From: a virus | Lineage: Duplodnaviria > Caudoviricetes | Strand: one strand, 5' to 3' | DNA length: 59,619 bases | Virus record (IMG/VR): IMGVR_UViG_3300046170_000404 | Location: 1-59,619 of that record | Shown: in pieces, positions 39,024 through 47,588 of the stretch | Layout: every line of letters starts with the position of its first letter | Position numbering within the stretch: the first letter of the stretch is position 1 | Position numbers and translations under genes: made by a program | Notes under the pieces: model-generated | Database searches by the model: none | Seen by the model: only the letters and a program-made list of their open reading frames with translations | Told to the model about the DNA's origin: nothing

Positions 39024-39460
39024 TATGATATACTAACTCCTACTGATCCAATTGTTGAAATTAATTCTCTACTTCTATTTTGAAGTGATGGGTCTTCTGG
39101 AACCATACTGTGAATTGTAGTTGTAATACCGTTTGATGTAACATTAAAATCTTGTGTTCTAAAAGCAAAGTCTCCAGGTAATGAAAGATTTGCTACTCCA
39201 ACATGAATACCACCAGAATCTGAAATAGTTTGATCGTTTGAAAATTCTTGAGTTGGTTGTTGTACCGTCATAGTTCTTGGGTTTCTCAATGCTACTGCAT
39301 CTGCTTTATGATAAGGTGGATCAAGTTGTGGATGTTTAGGTTCAAACTCAGATATGTGTACTAGAGAACCATTCCATTCTTTAACCATCTCCTTATAAGG
39401 AAATGCTTGTCCAGATCTATCAGAAATAGCTTTTGATCTTTTACCAGTTGCGAAAGACAT
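39023..39460 (-). CDS. Conserved structural-module protein
   Basis: AISDRSG..F.Y...EW.G...EPKHPQL. Confidence 0.7.
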   Translation of the reverse strand: MSFATGKRSKAISDRSGQAFPYKEMVKEWNGSLVHISEFEPKHPQLDPPYHKADAVALRNPRTMTVQQPTQEFSNDQTISDSGGIHVGVANLSLPGDFAFRTQDFNVTSNGITTTIHSMVPEDPSLQNRSRELISTIGSVGVSIS

Positions 39461-40155
39461 TATACTCCATCTCCAAAATAAGTTTGTGGAGAGATATAAA
39501 CTGAAGTTCTTGAACCGTCTTCGTTTAATGCTCTAAGTAATTCATCCTCATATAATTGTTTTAATAATTGTATTCTATCTGGTGCTCTTTTTTGTGATAA
39601 ATAATATGCAAGGCCAGAACACATACAAGGTAAAAATCTATAAGCGACATCAGCTGTTTTTGTAAAACCACCTGCATCTTCGATTCTGTTTATTGTGTAA
39701 AATTTTAATGTTGTATAAGTAGTTGCATCTGGAGCTAAATACAAACTTATAGTAGGTGTCGTTTGTCTGTCGACAAAATACTGCGAAGGTTGTCCTGTTT
39801 GTAATTTATTTGGAATTGCAGCATAAGCAGATCTATCAATTTTTGTTAATGATATATCGTTTGTTGATGAAGTATTTCCTGCTGCTGCAGTTGTAGAAAT
39901 ATATGCTTCAAGAACATCGTTAACATCTGTTGCAACAGTATAAGTTGCAGTTCCTGCAGTTAAAACTTGTTCATTAAGTTGAACTTTCCAAAGGTGTATA
40001 CCTCTGTTGCCCCATTCTGAAAATAAAAGATTTAAACTTCTTCTTGCGCTACGTAAGTCATTCCCACTATTAGTCCGCATACCACATCGTTCGTATGCTT
40101 CTTCAATAATGTCATCGATCTGAAGATCGAATGATGTAGTTCCTGACGTAGCCAT
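39460..40155 (-). CDS. Tail adaptor / connector protein
   Basis: MATSGT, IEEAYERCG, ARRSLN, W.NRG..LW, GLAYY. Confidence 0.65.
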   Translation of the reverse strand: MATSGTTSFDLQIDDIIEEAYERCGMRTNSGNDLRSARRSLNLLFSEWGNRGIHLWKVQLNEQVLTAGTATYTVATDVNDVLEAYISTTAAAGNTSSTNDISLTKIDRSAYAAIPNKLQTGQPSQYFVDRQTTPTISLYLAPDATTYTTLKFYTINRIEDAGGFTKTADVAYRFLPCMCSGLAYYLSQKRAPDRIQLLKQLYEDELLRALNEDGSRTSVYISPQTYFGDGV

Positions 40156-40161
40156 AATTCA

Positions 40162-40512
40162 TTACATTATGTCTTTGTAATAATCCAAAGACTTATCTAG
40201 TGGTAAACTTTCATCTTGTAAGCCCGAACCAGAAGTTCTAGCTGCACCATAACCTTGAGTAGATTTCATTTCGCCACCTATGTTTTTTTTCTTGATATCT
40301 TTAGAAAGACGACTTGTACCTTTTCCTTTTTTAGCATCAAGTTTCATTTCTCTGACTTGTTTTGCATACTTGTCTTCTTCAGCAAATTTACCTTCTGTGG
40401 CTTTCATCATAGTGCCTTTTTTAGCGTAACCCATTTTATTTCTTACATCAGTTGGTAATTTACCTAGCGATTTTTGTTTATTTGCCGGTACTTCTTTTAA
40501 ATTCTTATCCAT
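40162..40512 (-). CDS. Small basic protein
   Basis: Lys-rich; GGAGA SD. Confidence 0.7.
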   Translation of the reverse strand: MDKNLKEVPANKQKSLGKLPTDVRNKMGYAKKGTMMKATEGKFAEEDKYAKQVREMKLDAKKGKGTSRLSKDIKKKNIGGEMKSTQGYGAARTSGSGLQDESLPLDKSLDYYKDIM

Positions 40513-40529
40513 AATTTTCTCCTAAAATA

Positions 40530-40799
40530 TTATACGTCTATCATACCACCATAGTATCTCTTGGTAAAGGTACTGACATTATTTGGCTTTCCTCCAGGAT
40601 TACCTGCTTGTCTTTTCCTTGCAACAGCAGAACGCTTTTCTGAACTTGTCATTCGGGCTGCTTTTGCAGCAGGCACGCATTTGGGGTATTTTCTTTTTGA
40701 TCCACTTGCAGATTTTCTTCCACATTCTTTATATCCTCCCCCTTTTTTTGGTGATCCTATATCAACCCATTTTTCATTGAACCATTTCTTTAGGCTCAT
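40530..40799 (-). CDS. Small basic protein (DUF5872-like)
   Basis: LKKWF.EKWVDI...CGR...YPKC.P. Confidence 0.7.
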   Translation of the reverse strand: MSLKKWFNEKWVDIGSPKKGGGYKECGRKSASGSKRKYPKCVPAAKAARMTSSEKRSAVARKRQAGNPGGKPNNVSTFTKRYYGGMIDV

Positions 40800-41179
40800 T
40801 AAAATATACCTTTGAAACCTTTGCCTTGAATCGCTGCTCCCGTGCCCCTAGCTTCTCCGCCTTCACTAAATGTTTTAGAAAAACTAAATGTAGCACTTTT
40901 GTTTTTACCAGATTTAGTTCCAGTTAAACTTACTCCACCACTTTCATCATCAAATTTACGAGAAATACCTAATGATATTTCACTATTAATATTTTCTTTA
41001 TCAAATTTACTAATAGGTTTTGCGACTCCACCTTCTATAGTAGTTTTACCTTTTGAAATATTTAGTGTTCCTTTAGGTACTGTAACATATTCAGTATCAT
41101 CAACCCCTAGGCTTCCACCCAATGTTGTTCCTTTAAGTGAGTTTTTTAAATAGTCTGGTATACTTTTTTTCTTTCCCAT
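40799..41179 (-). CDS. Small beta-strand-rich protein with GG..RG.GAA..G..FKG.F tail
   Basis: ORF track; tail shared with the next gene. Confidence 0.7.
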   Translation of the reverse strand: MGKKKSIPDYLKNSLKGTTLGGSLGVDDTEYVTVPKGTLNISKGKTTIEGGVAKPISKFDKENINSEISLGISRKFDDESGGVSLTGTKSGKNKSATFSFSKTFSEGGEARGTGAAIQGKGFKGIF

Positions 41180-41703
41180 TAAAATACTCCTTTAAATTTA
41201 GTTCCTTTAATCGCTGCTCCTGCTCCACGTACCTCGCCACCACACATCATTTTATTTGTAGAAGGTAGTTTACTAAATTTTGATGATTTTTTCTTTTTAT
41301 TTGCAGCAGAGCCACTACTGTCTGTAGTTGTATCTATTTTTAAACCTCTAGGTAAATCTTCTAAATTATTGTCGTACCTATCTCTTGCCTTCTTTTTTTT
41401 AGCACCCATGTCTTTTCCACCACCATATTTAAGCTTCAGAGTGCTTAAAGTTTCTGCTTGTGCAGCATGTGTTTTAGATGCTTTTTTTAAACCCTTTATT
41501 ACTTCATTTACTTTTACTTTAGTTTCTCCACCAATTTTTTTACCTGCAGGTTTAGGACCTTTAAAATCTTTTCTTTTTACACCTGATGGATCTTTAATTT
41601 TTCCTGCACAAATCTTTGATGCATAAGCATTTGCATATGCGCTTGGATATACTTTGAATTTTCTTTTAGCGGCTGATTTGCCTCTTGCACATAATTTAGT
41701 CAT
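41179..41703 (-). CDS. Basic protein (KRKFKVYPSAYAN motif) with GG..RG.GAA..G..FKG.F tail
   Basis: ORF track. Confidence 0.7.
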   Translation of the reverse strand: MTKLCARGKSAAKRKFKVYPSAYANAYASKICAGKIKDPSGVKRKDFKGPKPAGKKIGGETKVKVNEVIKGLKKASKTHAAQAETLSTLKLKYGGGKDMGAKKKKARDRYDNNLEDLPRGLKIDTTTDSSGSAANKKKKSSKFSKLPSTNKMMCGGEVRGAGAAIKGTKFKGVF

Positions 41704-41726
41704 GCAAGAATTATATCATTTTTTAA

Positions 41727-41867
41727 TTAAACAGTAAACGTCTTGGCTAAAGGGTTTTTCTTCTTTTTAATAGCTATTTTGACTCTTTTCTTTTTTTCTT
41801 TCTCGTCTCTCGCCCCTCTTAATTTTCCATCAATTTGTGCTGGTATTTGTCCTCTAGTTATAGCCAT
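41727..41867 (-). CDS. 46-aa basic peptide (MAITRGQIPAQI...)
   Basis: Translated by hand; AAGGAG SD. Confidence 0.65.
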   Translation of the reverse strand: MAITRGQIPAQIDGKLRGARDEKEKKKRVKIAIKKKKNPLAKTFTV

Positions 41868-42385
41868 GTTTTTATCTCCTTAATTTTATTTAAAAATATT
41901 ACAATAGTTAATCTTTCATTTTTATCTAAGCTAGTAGCTCCATGATAAACATTACCATCATAACATGCAAGAGTATTAAATGAATTTGAAACTTGTATTG
42001 ATGGGTTTTTATCTTTATCGTAAATTGTAGTACCCGTATAAAAATTATTTGTATCTTGATTTAGATAAATTATACCCGCTAAGTCAGTAAAATCTTTATG
42101 AATTCTTGTATTCTTCTTATCATGCAGTAACCAATCTTCGTATGTAATTTTATGAAACTGTATGGTTGTACTTTCAATAGATACTTTGTAACCATTAAAA
42201 TATAATTTTACTATTTTCTCTACTATGTCATCGTGAAGTTTTTGGTTAATTTCAAATAGATTGTCTGATCTTAATCCAGGCCAGTTGTCTTGGTTTGATG
42301 GTTTTTTCCATGTAATTTGTTTCGAATATTTTATAACTTCTTCTGGGTTTTCAAAAAAATTATTTTTAATTATTGTTGGTTTCAT
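41858..42385 (-). CDS. 2OG-Fe(II) oxygenase-like protein
   Basis: WPGLRS, IHKD, AGIIYL, GT, YHG, RLT.V.F. Confidence 0.75.
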   Translation of the reverse strand: MKPTIIKNNFFENPEEVIKYSKQITWKKPSNQDNWPGLRSDNLFEINQKLHDDIVEKIVKLYFNGYKVSIESTTIQFHKITYEDWLLHDKKNTRIHKDFTDLAGIIYLNQDTNNFYTGTTIYDKDKNPSIQVSNSFNTLACYDGNVYHGATSLDKNERLTIVIFLNKIKEIKTWL

Positions 42386-43145
42386 TTAATTTTTTTAAAG
42401 ATATTGGGTTATTATATTTAATAAATTGAATCATATCATAATTTAAGTAGTCTTCCACAACGTAATTTAATTTTTCAATTTTATCTGTTCTTATTTTATG
42501 TAAGTTATCAATATAGTTATCTTTGTAGTAAATTTGATCTATTGAAAATTGTTTTAATTTTTTTGGTTTTTTTATATCGAAGCCAAGAAAAAGGCTTAGG
42601 TTTTGAAGAAAATAATCTGTATTATTTATTAAATCATCGTAATAAAATATTTTATAATTTTCATTTTCTTTTATTAAATTATTAATACTCCATATATTTT
42701 TACCGATTACCTCGTCTTGTCTTAGTAGTCTCAATAAATAATTGTTGATGTTATTTTTTGTATAATTTTTGTTATCTATTTGTATTTTTGCAAATGAAGC
42801 TAAACATTCCTCTAACGGTCTTAAAAGTATTAAAAATTTTGGATTATTAATAATTTTTTTTAGTATATATAAATTATCTGGTGTTCCCCATGGTCCTCTA
42901 TCTATTATTAAGTCACAGTTCCAATCCTTATAATAATTCTGTAAACTTAATTTAATTAAGTTATCTAAAGAGCTATGTTTAGGAAAGTTTTTAAAAATAT
43001 CATCATTTTTTAATTCATGTAGTTTATATACAATATCCAAAGTAATTGAATTTGGACTAAGTTTTATTTTTTTATTTTCATTTATTATTGACCCAAGTAA
43101 TGTATTACCTGCTCTAGGTAGAGAACATAAAAAATTAATATTCAT
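42366..43145 (-). CDS. Sulfotransferase-family protein
   Basis: SLPRAGNTLL PAPS-binding loop; R...E..ASF; Y.DL. Confidence 0.8.
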   Translation of the reverse strand: MNINFLCSLPRAGNTLLGSIINENKKIKLSPNSITLDIVYKLHELKNDDIFKNFPKHSSLDNLIKLSLQNYYKDWNCDLIIDRGPWGTPDNLYILKKIINNPKFLILLRPLEECLASFAKIQIDNKNYTKNNINNYLLRLLRQDEVIGKNIWSINNLIKENENYKIFYYDDLINNTDYFLQNLSLFLGFDIKKPKKLKQFSIDQIYYKDNYIDNLHKIRTDKIEKLNYVVEDYLNYDMIQFIKYNNPISLKKLNETNNN

Positions 43146-43147
43146 AA

Positions 43148-43642
43148 TTATTTTATATAATTAAAATTTATTACAATTCTATTAGATGTATTTGTATGTG
43201 TAACCGCTTGGTGTTTTATAGAACCATCAAACTCAATATAAGAATTTTCAATACTGTAATTTTTAGTTCCATCTTCAAATAAAGTGTACCCATCATTTGT
43301 ATTTAGATAATATAGTCCAGTAAAAATTTTATAATTTTTTGCATTTTGTATATCTATATGTAAACCAGTTTCTTTATTTTTTTGAGTTGGAAAGGTAAGA
43401 TTAGCTTTTATTCTAATTAGTGTAAAAGGATTTATATTTGTAATTAAATTTTTAAGTAAATCAAAATAGTTTGAATTAATATAATTTTTTTGATTATCAA
43501 AAAAGTTATGGGTCATCATTACATTGCCATCATTTTTATACAGTACACCCTTGTGTAAATACCAAGGAAAATAATTTGAAGTAAGATTTTCTTTTAAATT
43601 GTTAAAATCTTCAACTTTTAAGAAATTTTTAAAAACTTTCAC
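43148..43642 (-). CDS. 2OG-Fe(II) oxygenase-like protein
   Basis: FPW, RIKANL, HID, YLNTNDGYT, H, RIVINFNY. Confidence 0.8.
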   Translation of the reverse strand: MKVFKNFLKVEDFNNLKENLTSNYFPWYLHKGVLYKNDGNVMMTHNFFDNQKNYINSNYFDLLKNLITNINPFTLIRIKANLTFPTQKNKETGLHIDIQNAKNYKIFTGLYYLNTNDGYTLFEDGTKNYSIENSYIEFDGSIKHQAVTHTNTSNRIVINFNYIK

Positions 43643-43651
43643 AAAAGATAA

Positions 43652-44128
43652 TTATATTAAATCTTTTGCTTTGCCAATAATTGGTTTGTATTTTGTTTTA
43701 CCTTCAAATTTAAAAACATGCATAAACTGTCTTCTAGGTTGATAAGGTATCCAACTGGCGTGAATCCATCCAGAGTTAGGTTCTCCTGGTGTATAAAACT
43801 CAAGCAACAATTGATCTGTCTCACAGTTCATATGTACCCAATCAGCTACCTCAGCGTTGTCGACCCCTATACATTCGAAATCAACGGCCTCAGCTTTTGC
43901 ATGCTGCGATTTTTCTGAGCTACCGATGGCACGGCAAAGCTCAATAGTACGGAACCCTGATGTGACTTTTACTCTACCAAAATGATCTCTGACCGGTTGC
44001 AATACATTTTCACATAATGCTTTTAATTTTTCTATTTGATCTGCATTAGGATTATTATCAATGCCCAAACGTATAGCTGTATCTGATTTAATTAACTCTT
44101 GAAGAGTAAAATTTTGTGAAAGGTTCAT
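43652..44128 (-). CDS. Peptidase M15 endolysin
   Basis: LS.NFTL.E, SGFR, SQH...AVD, WIH. Confidence 0.88.
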   Translation of the reverse strand: MNLSQNFTLQELIKSDTAIRLGIDNNPNADQIEKLKALCENVLQPVRDHFGRVKVTSGFRTIELCRAIGSSEKSQHAKAEAVDFECIGVDNAEVADWVHMNCETDQLLLEFYTPGEPNSGWIHASWIPYQPRRQFMHVFKFEGKTKYKPIIGKAKDLI

Positions 44129-44133
44129 AATTA

Positions 44134-44346
44134 TTATTCTAATATTAACTTCTTAATTGAAAAAGATCCATCTATATTTTTTTCGAGCTCTGCTATTTGC
44201 TTCAGGCATTGATACTTTACGTGCGATTTAGAATCACGTCTAGCTGTACGTGCTCCTTTAAGACAATCAGACATTGAAGTCTGGATACGTGCCTCCTTTA
44301 TCTCTCCATGTACAATCATAAGTAATGCTACCACTAACTCTGTCAT
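44134..44346 (-). CDS. Small exported Cys-containing protein
   Basis: Hydrophobic N-terminus; S..DC...Y.C. Confidence 0.6.
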   Translation of the reverse strand: MTELVVALLMIVHGEIKEARIQTSMSDCLKGARTARRDSKSHVKYQCLKQIAELEKNIDGSFSIKKLILE

Positions 44347-44723
44347 TAGTATGCCTTACCATTTTCTCTTACTTTATCTTTCAGTCCTTCAATATCTTCT
44401 AATGCTTTATCTAATTGTTCTCTTAAAAATTCTATGTTGACTTTGTTAGTCATGTTCATCTCTTGAGTTTCTTCCATCTTCTCAACGGTTTTGTACAAAT
44501 CCTCAATTAAAAAATGTTGCTCCTGGTCCGTAGGCACTTGTTCAGATTTTTTTAATAAATCATTTTCAAATAACTCACGTGATGTCTCTAACGATACTAA
44601 CCTCGCAGTCAGCTCCGTATAAGCGAACACGCCCATTGCAACGAGCACGATCAGGCTAGCAACCGTCTTCATCGGCATCTGTACTCTTGCCTCTTCTCCG
44701 ATATCTAAAGGTTTATTGGACAC
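44346..44723 (-). CDS. Membrane-anchored coiled-coil protein near the endolysin
   Basis: One TM followed by a coiled coil; GTG start. Confidence 0.6.
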   Translation of the reverse strand: MSNKPLDIGEEARVQMPMKTVASLIVLVAMGVFAYTELTARLVSLETSRELFENDLLKKSEQVPTDQEQHFLIEDLYKTVEKMEETQEMNMTNKVNIEFLREQLDKALEDIEGLKDKVRENGKAY

Positions 44724-44895
44724 TTGGTCCCCCACAAAGAGCTAATATGACTAGCATTAATATCAATAAACCTGTCGCATAATAGTTCATTCTTTGATAC
44801 CCCATAATTATTTCTTTTTATTTTTCCTGTTAAATATATTATCTATCTTATTAAATAACTTGTCTAGTAGCCCAAAAAAATTATATATAAACCTA

Positions 44896-45675
44896 TCAAT
44901 CATTTTTATTACCATCGTTTTCAAATGATAAATCGTGTGCATATTCCTTATAATTTAAATAAGTTCTTTTGTTTTTTTCTTCCTCTTCATACATTTTTTT
45001 CTCTTCTTCAAAACCCTCTCTAAGTAACTCAGATGTTGTTTTTTCTTTCATTTCGTAAAACATTTTGTCACTATCTTCTGTAACCATATTTGAATCTTCT
45101 GCATCCCAGTATGTAGTTTGAACTTTGTAGTCAGGCCAACTGTCATCAGTAGTGTAACTATTAACATGCCACAAAATACGATTATTAGGCTGAGCTGCAT
45201 AATTACCGTTAGTAAGCTCCAATATATGTGCACACTTATGTTCCTGAGGAATTTCAGAATGCTCTGTGTCCAAAATATTAGTTTCTGGATGAGCCCAATC
45301 AATAGTAAATAAATATTTTCCATGGTAAAATTTTTTGTCTAAACCTAAAAATTTACCTTTTAAACCAGCCAACCAATCAAAACAAGTAACACTAGGGTAG
45401 TAACTAAAACAGTTCCACAGTTCCAACTCGTGCGTCTGCATATTCGGCACAGTGGCTCTATCATGTGATTTTTGGAAAAACGCTGAGATAGGCAAGCGCC
45501 AAAAGCATGCACCATTTGGTAACATGATGTTAAATAAGATTGCACGTCCCGATATGGATGTGATACTGAAGACCACACACTCTTCACTTTCTCCTTGATG
45601 TTTTTTAAGATCATATAAATACTCCTTTTTTACTTTACAATATATAGGTGGTATATTAGCATTTAGGTAAGACAT
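44896..45675 (-). CDS. Conserved hypothetical protein (YLFTIDW...HK..H...QPNNR)
   Basis: 259 aa ORF with enzyme-like conserved residues. Confidence 0.75.
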   Translation of the reverse strand: MSYLNANIPPIYCKVKKEYLYDLKKHQGESEECVVFSITSISGRAILFNIMLPNGACFWRLPISAFFQKSHDRATVPNMQTHELELWNCFSYYPSVTCFDWLAGLKGKFLGLDKKFYHGKYLFTIDWAHPETNILDTEHSEIPQEHKCAHILELTNGNYAAQPNNRILWHVNSYTTDDSWPDYKVQTTYWDAEDSNMVTEDSDKMFYEMKEKTTSELLREGFEEEKKMYEEEEKNKRTYLNYKEYAHDLSFENDGNKND

Positions 45676-45678
45676 AGT

Positions 45679-45987
45679 CTAACACTTCCATCTACGTCTA
45701 GCCTGTCTTAATCTTGAATTAGGGTCTTTTGCAGCTTTAGGAAACTTTTTCATTTGTCCTGCGCTTCTTGCACAATATGATTTTCTCCGAGCTGCTCTTT
45801 TCTTACCTGGTTTATCTTCTGTGACTGCAGTTTTTAATTTACTTCCAGGATTTTTTCTTCTGTAAGCCATGACTCCAGCTTGAGTCATTCCCGCTCCACT
45901 TTTTGTAGAACGGAAATTCTTTTTATTTCTAGGTGGCATGCCACCTTTTTTTAATTCGATTATATCAGCGTAATAATCTAAATCCAT
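45679..45987 (-). CDS. Basic protein (DUF6321-like)
   Basis: G.T..G...YRR.NPGSKL...RRKS.CAR...KDPNSR....RRW.C. Confidence 0.7.
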   Translation of the reverse strand: MDLDYYADIIELKKGGMPPRNKKNFRSTKSGAGMTQAGVMAYRRKNPGSKLKTAVTEDKPGKKRAARRKSYCARSAGQMKKFPKAAKDPNSRLRQARRRWKC

Positions 45988-45988
45988 T

Positions 45989-46291
45989 TTAAGTAAATGA
46001 AATAGTTACACCTGCAGTTCCAGCAATAGTCGCATGAATACCATCTGCGAAAAAAATACCATTACCTGGTAAGTACATATCTAAACCTTCAGTTCCAAAA
46101 AGATAAGTTGCAATAACATCTCCTGTAGCGCCACCAGATCTAAATATAATTGAACCACTAGCATTTCCTTTTGCTTGAATAGAAGTTAATCTTGTTCTAT
46201 TTGTTTTACCTGTTCCACCTACTGCTACCATTTGAGCTGTACCAGTTGCGTGTGCAACCGACTGATCCGATGAAAAACTTGATCCACCCAT
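45989..46291 (-). CDS. Small virion protein
   Basis: AGGAG SD; P..GI.F..G pattern. Confidence 0.65.
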   Translation of the reverse strand: MGGSSFSSDQSVAHATGTAQMVAVGGTGKTNRTRLTSIQAKGNASGSIIFRSGGATGDVIATYLFGTEGLDMYLPGNGIFFADGIHATIAGTAGVTISFT

Positions 46292-46309
46292 AATTTTCTC
46301 CTTTAATTT

Positions 46310-46329
46310 GTGGCTCCCGAAGGAGCCAC
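46310..46329 (-). other. Stable cUUCGg hairpin between structural genes
   Basis: GTGGCTCC-TTCG-GGAGCCAC on the minus strand; no U-tract. Confidence 0.65.
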
Positions 46330-46339
46330 TAGTTTATTA

Positions 46340-46861
46340 TTACGTGTCGCTAAACGGTGTAACGATAGTTCCTGATCCAAGCAACATTGAGCTATGAACC
46401 AAATAGTTAGCTGCTTCAATAGCAGTCACTGAAACTATAGATCCAATGATACCACCTTGAGTAGTTCCATTCATAGTAAGAACATCATTAGATGCTCCTG
46501 GAAAGAAAGCTTTTTTAGCTCCATCATCTACAGCAACCATAGCTGCACCTGTGAACTTATCAGTTCCATCAGTTACGATTTGAACATCAGTTGCAGTTGT
46601 GTCTACGTAAAAAGTAAAAGTTGCACCAATATTATTTGCATTATTTAAATCACTTCCTGGTCCTGCCACTGCTGAATCAGCTGTTGCAACAATTGAAGGT
46701 AAAGTGAAAATACCATCTGCATCTTGTGTTAAAAGGATTCTTCCTGCGTGAGCATTTACAGTTAACGATGTGTTAGCTGTTAGTGCTACAGTTGATCCTG
46801 GTCCAGTACCTATAAAGCCATTTTTAGAAATGACTGGTCCTGAAAAAGTTGTGTTTGCCAT
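46340..46861 (-). CDS. Probable capsid decoration or head fibre protein
   Basis: MANTTFSGPV N-terminus; Thr/Ala/Gly-rich; downstream of the capsid gene. Confidence 0.6.
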   Translation of the reverse strand: MANTTFSGPVISKNGFIGTGPGSTVALTANTSLTVNAHAGRILLTQDADGIFTLPSIVATADSAVAGPGSDLNNANNIGATFTFYVDTTATDVQIVTDGTDKFTGAAMVAVDDGAKKAFFPGASNDVLTMNGTTQGGIIGSIVSVTAIEAANYLVHSSMLLGSGTIVTPFSDT

Positions 46862-46870
46862 AATAGTTTT

Positions 46871-46945
46871 CTCCTGTATAGCGGTTAAATTTTGTAGTCT
46901 CTATACCGTCTGCCTAGCCAGTCTACAAAATTATATTTTCTAGGT
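46871..46945 (-). ncRNA. Structured leader RNA, pseudoknot-capable
   Basis: 10-bp stem plus two loop pairings, one abutting the SD. Confidence 0.45.
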
Positions 46946-46994
46946 CTTTTTATTATATTATACTTATTAGTTTAGGTAAATACTACTTGAATTA

Positions 46995-47516
46995 TTAAGC
47001 TTTTAATTCATTAAAATTAAGACTCATTCCAAATTTTGAAATAGTATCTGTATTTTTTTTACATCCATGACTTAAAAATGAACTAAAAATACAAAAAGCA
47101 CCTTTTTGTGGTTTACATTTTTGTTCAATATCTTTAAATTCTAAATTTTGTTCACAATCATTTAAATATACTACTGCCGACCATAATGCTTCATGGTGAT
47201 CATGAAATATTGTTTTTTCTCTAGGTCTTAGCTCAAATCCCCAAGCATCTCGAAGACTATAGCTTATTTGTTTATAGTTTTCGTCAACATAATCCATAAG
47301 GGGATGAGCAATTTCTTTTATAAATTTTTCATCATTTACAAAAAAATTATAAGGAGTCATTAGTCCTAATATATTAGTGACATAATTGTTATTATCTTTT
47401 GAAGAGCAACTTTCCTTAATTTTTTCAATAAAATATTGACAGTCTATGTCTAAAATGCCTTTAATAAAAAAATATTCTTTTTCTACCTTACGATTAATTT
47501 CTTTATTAATAATCAT
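46995..47516 (-). CDS. 2OG-Fe(II) oxygenase-like protein
   Basis: HDH, WSAVVYLN, FSSFL.H, K..MSLN. Confidence 0.7.
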   Translation of the reverse strand: MIINKEINRKVEKEYFFIKGILDIDCQYFIEKIKESCSSKDNNNYVTNILGLMTPYNFFVNDEKFIKEIAHPLMDYVDENYKQISYSLRDAWGFELRPREKTIFHDHHEALWSAVVYLNDCEQNLEFKDIEQKCKPQKGAFCIFSSFLSHGCKKNTDTISKFGMSLNFNELKA

Positions 47517-47531
47517 AATTATAATTAACAT

Positions 47532-47568
47532 AAAAAAAAGGGCAGTGCAAAGTTAATGCACCGCCCTT
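47532..47568 (-). terminator. Intrinsic terminator after the major capsid gene
   Basis: AAGGGCGGTGCA/TGCACTGCCCTT stem followed by a U-tract. Confidence 0.85.
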
Positions 47569-47588
47569 AATATAATCTTTAAAGACTA

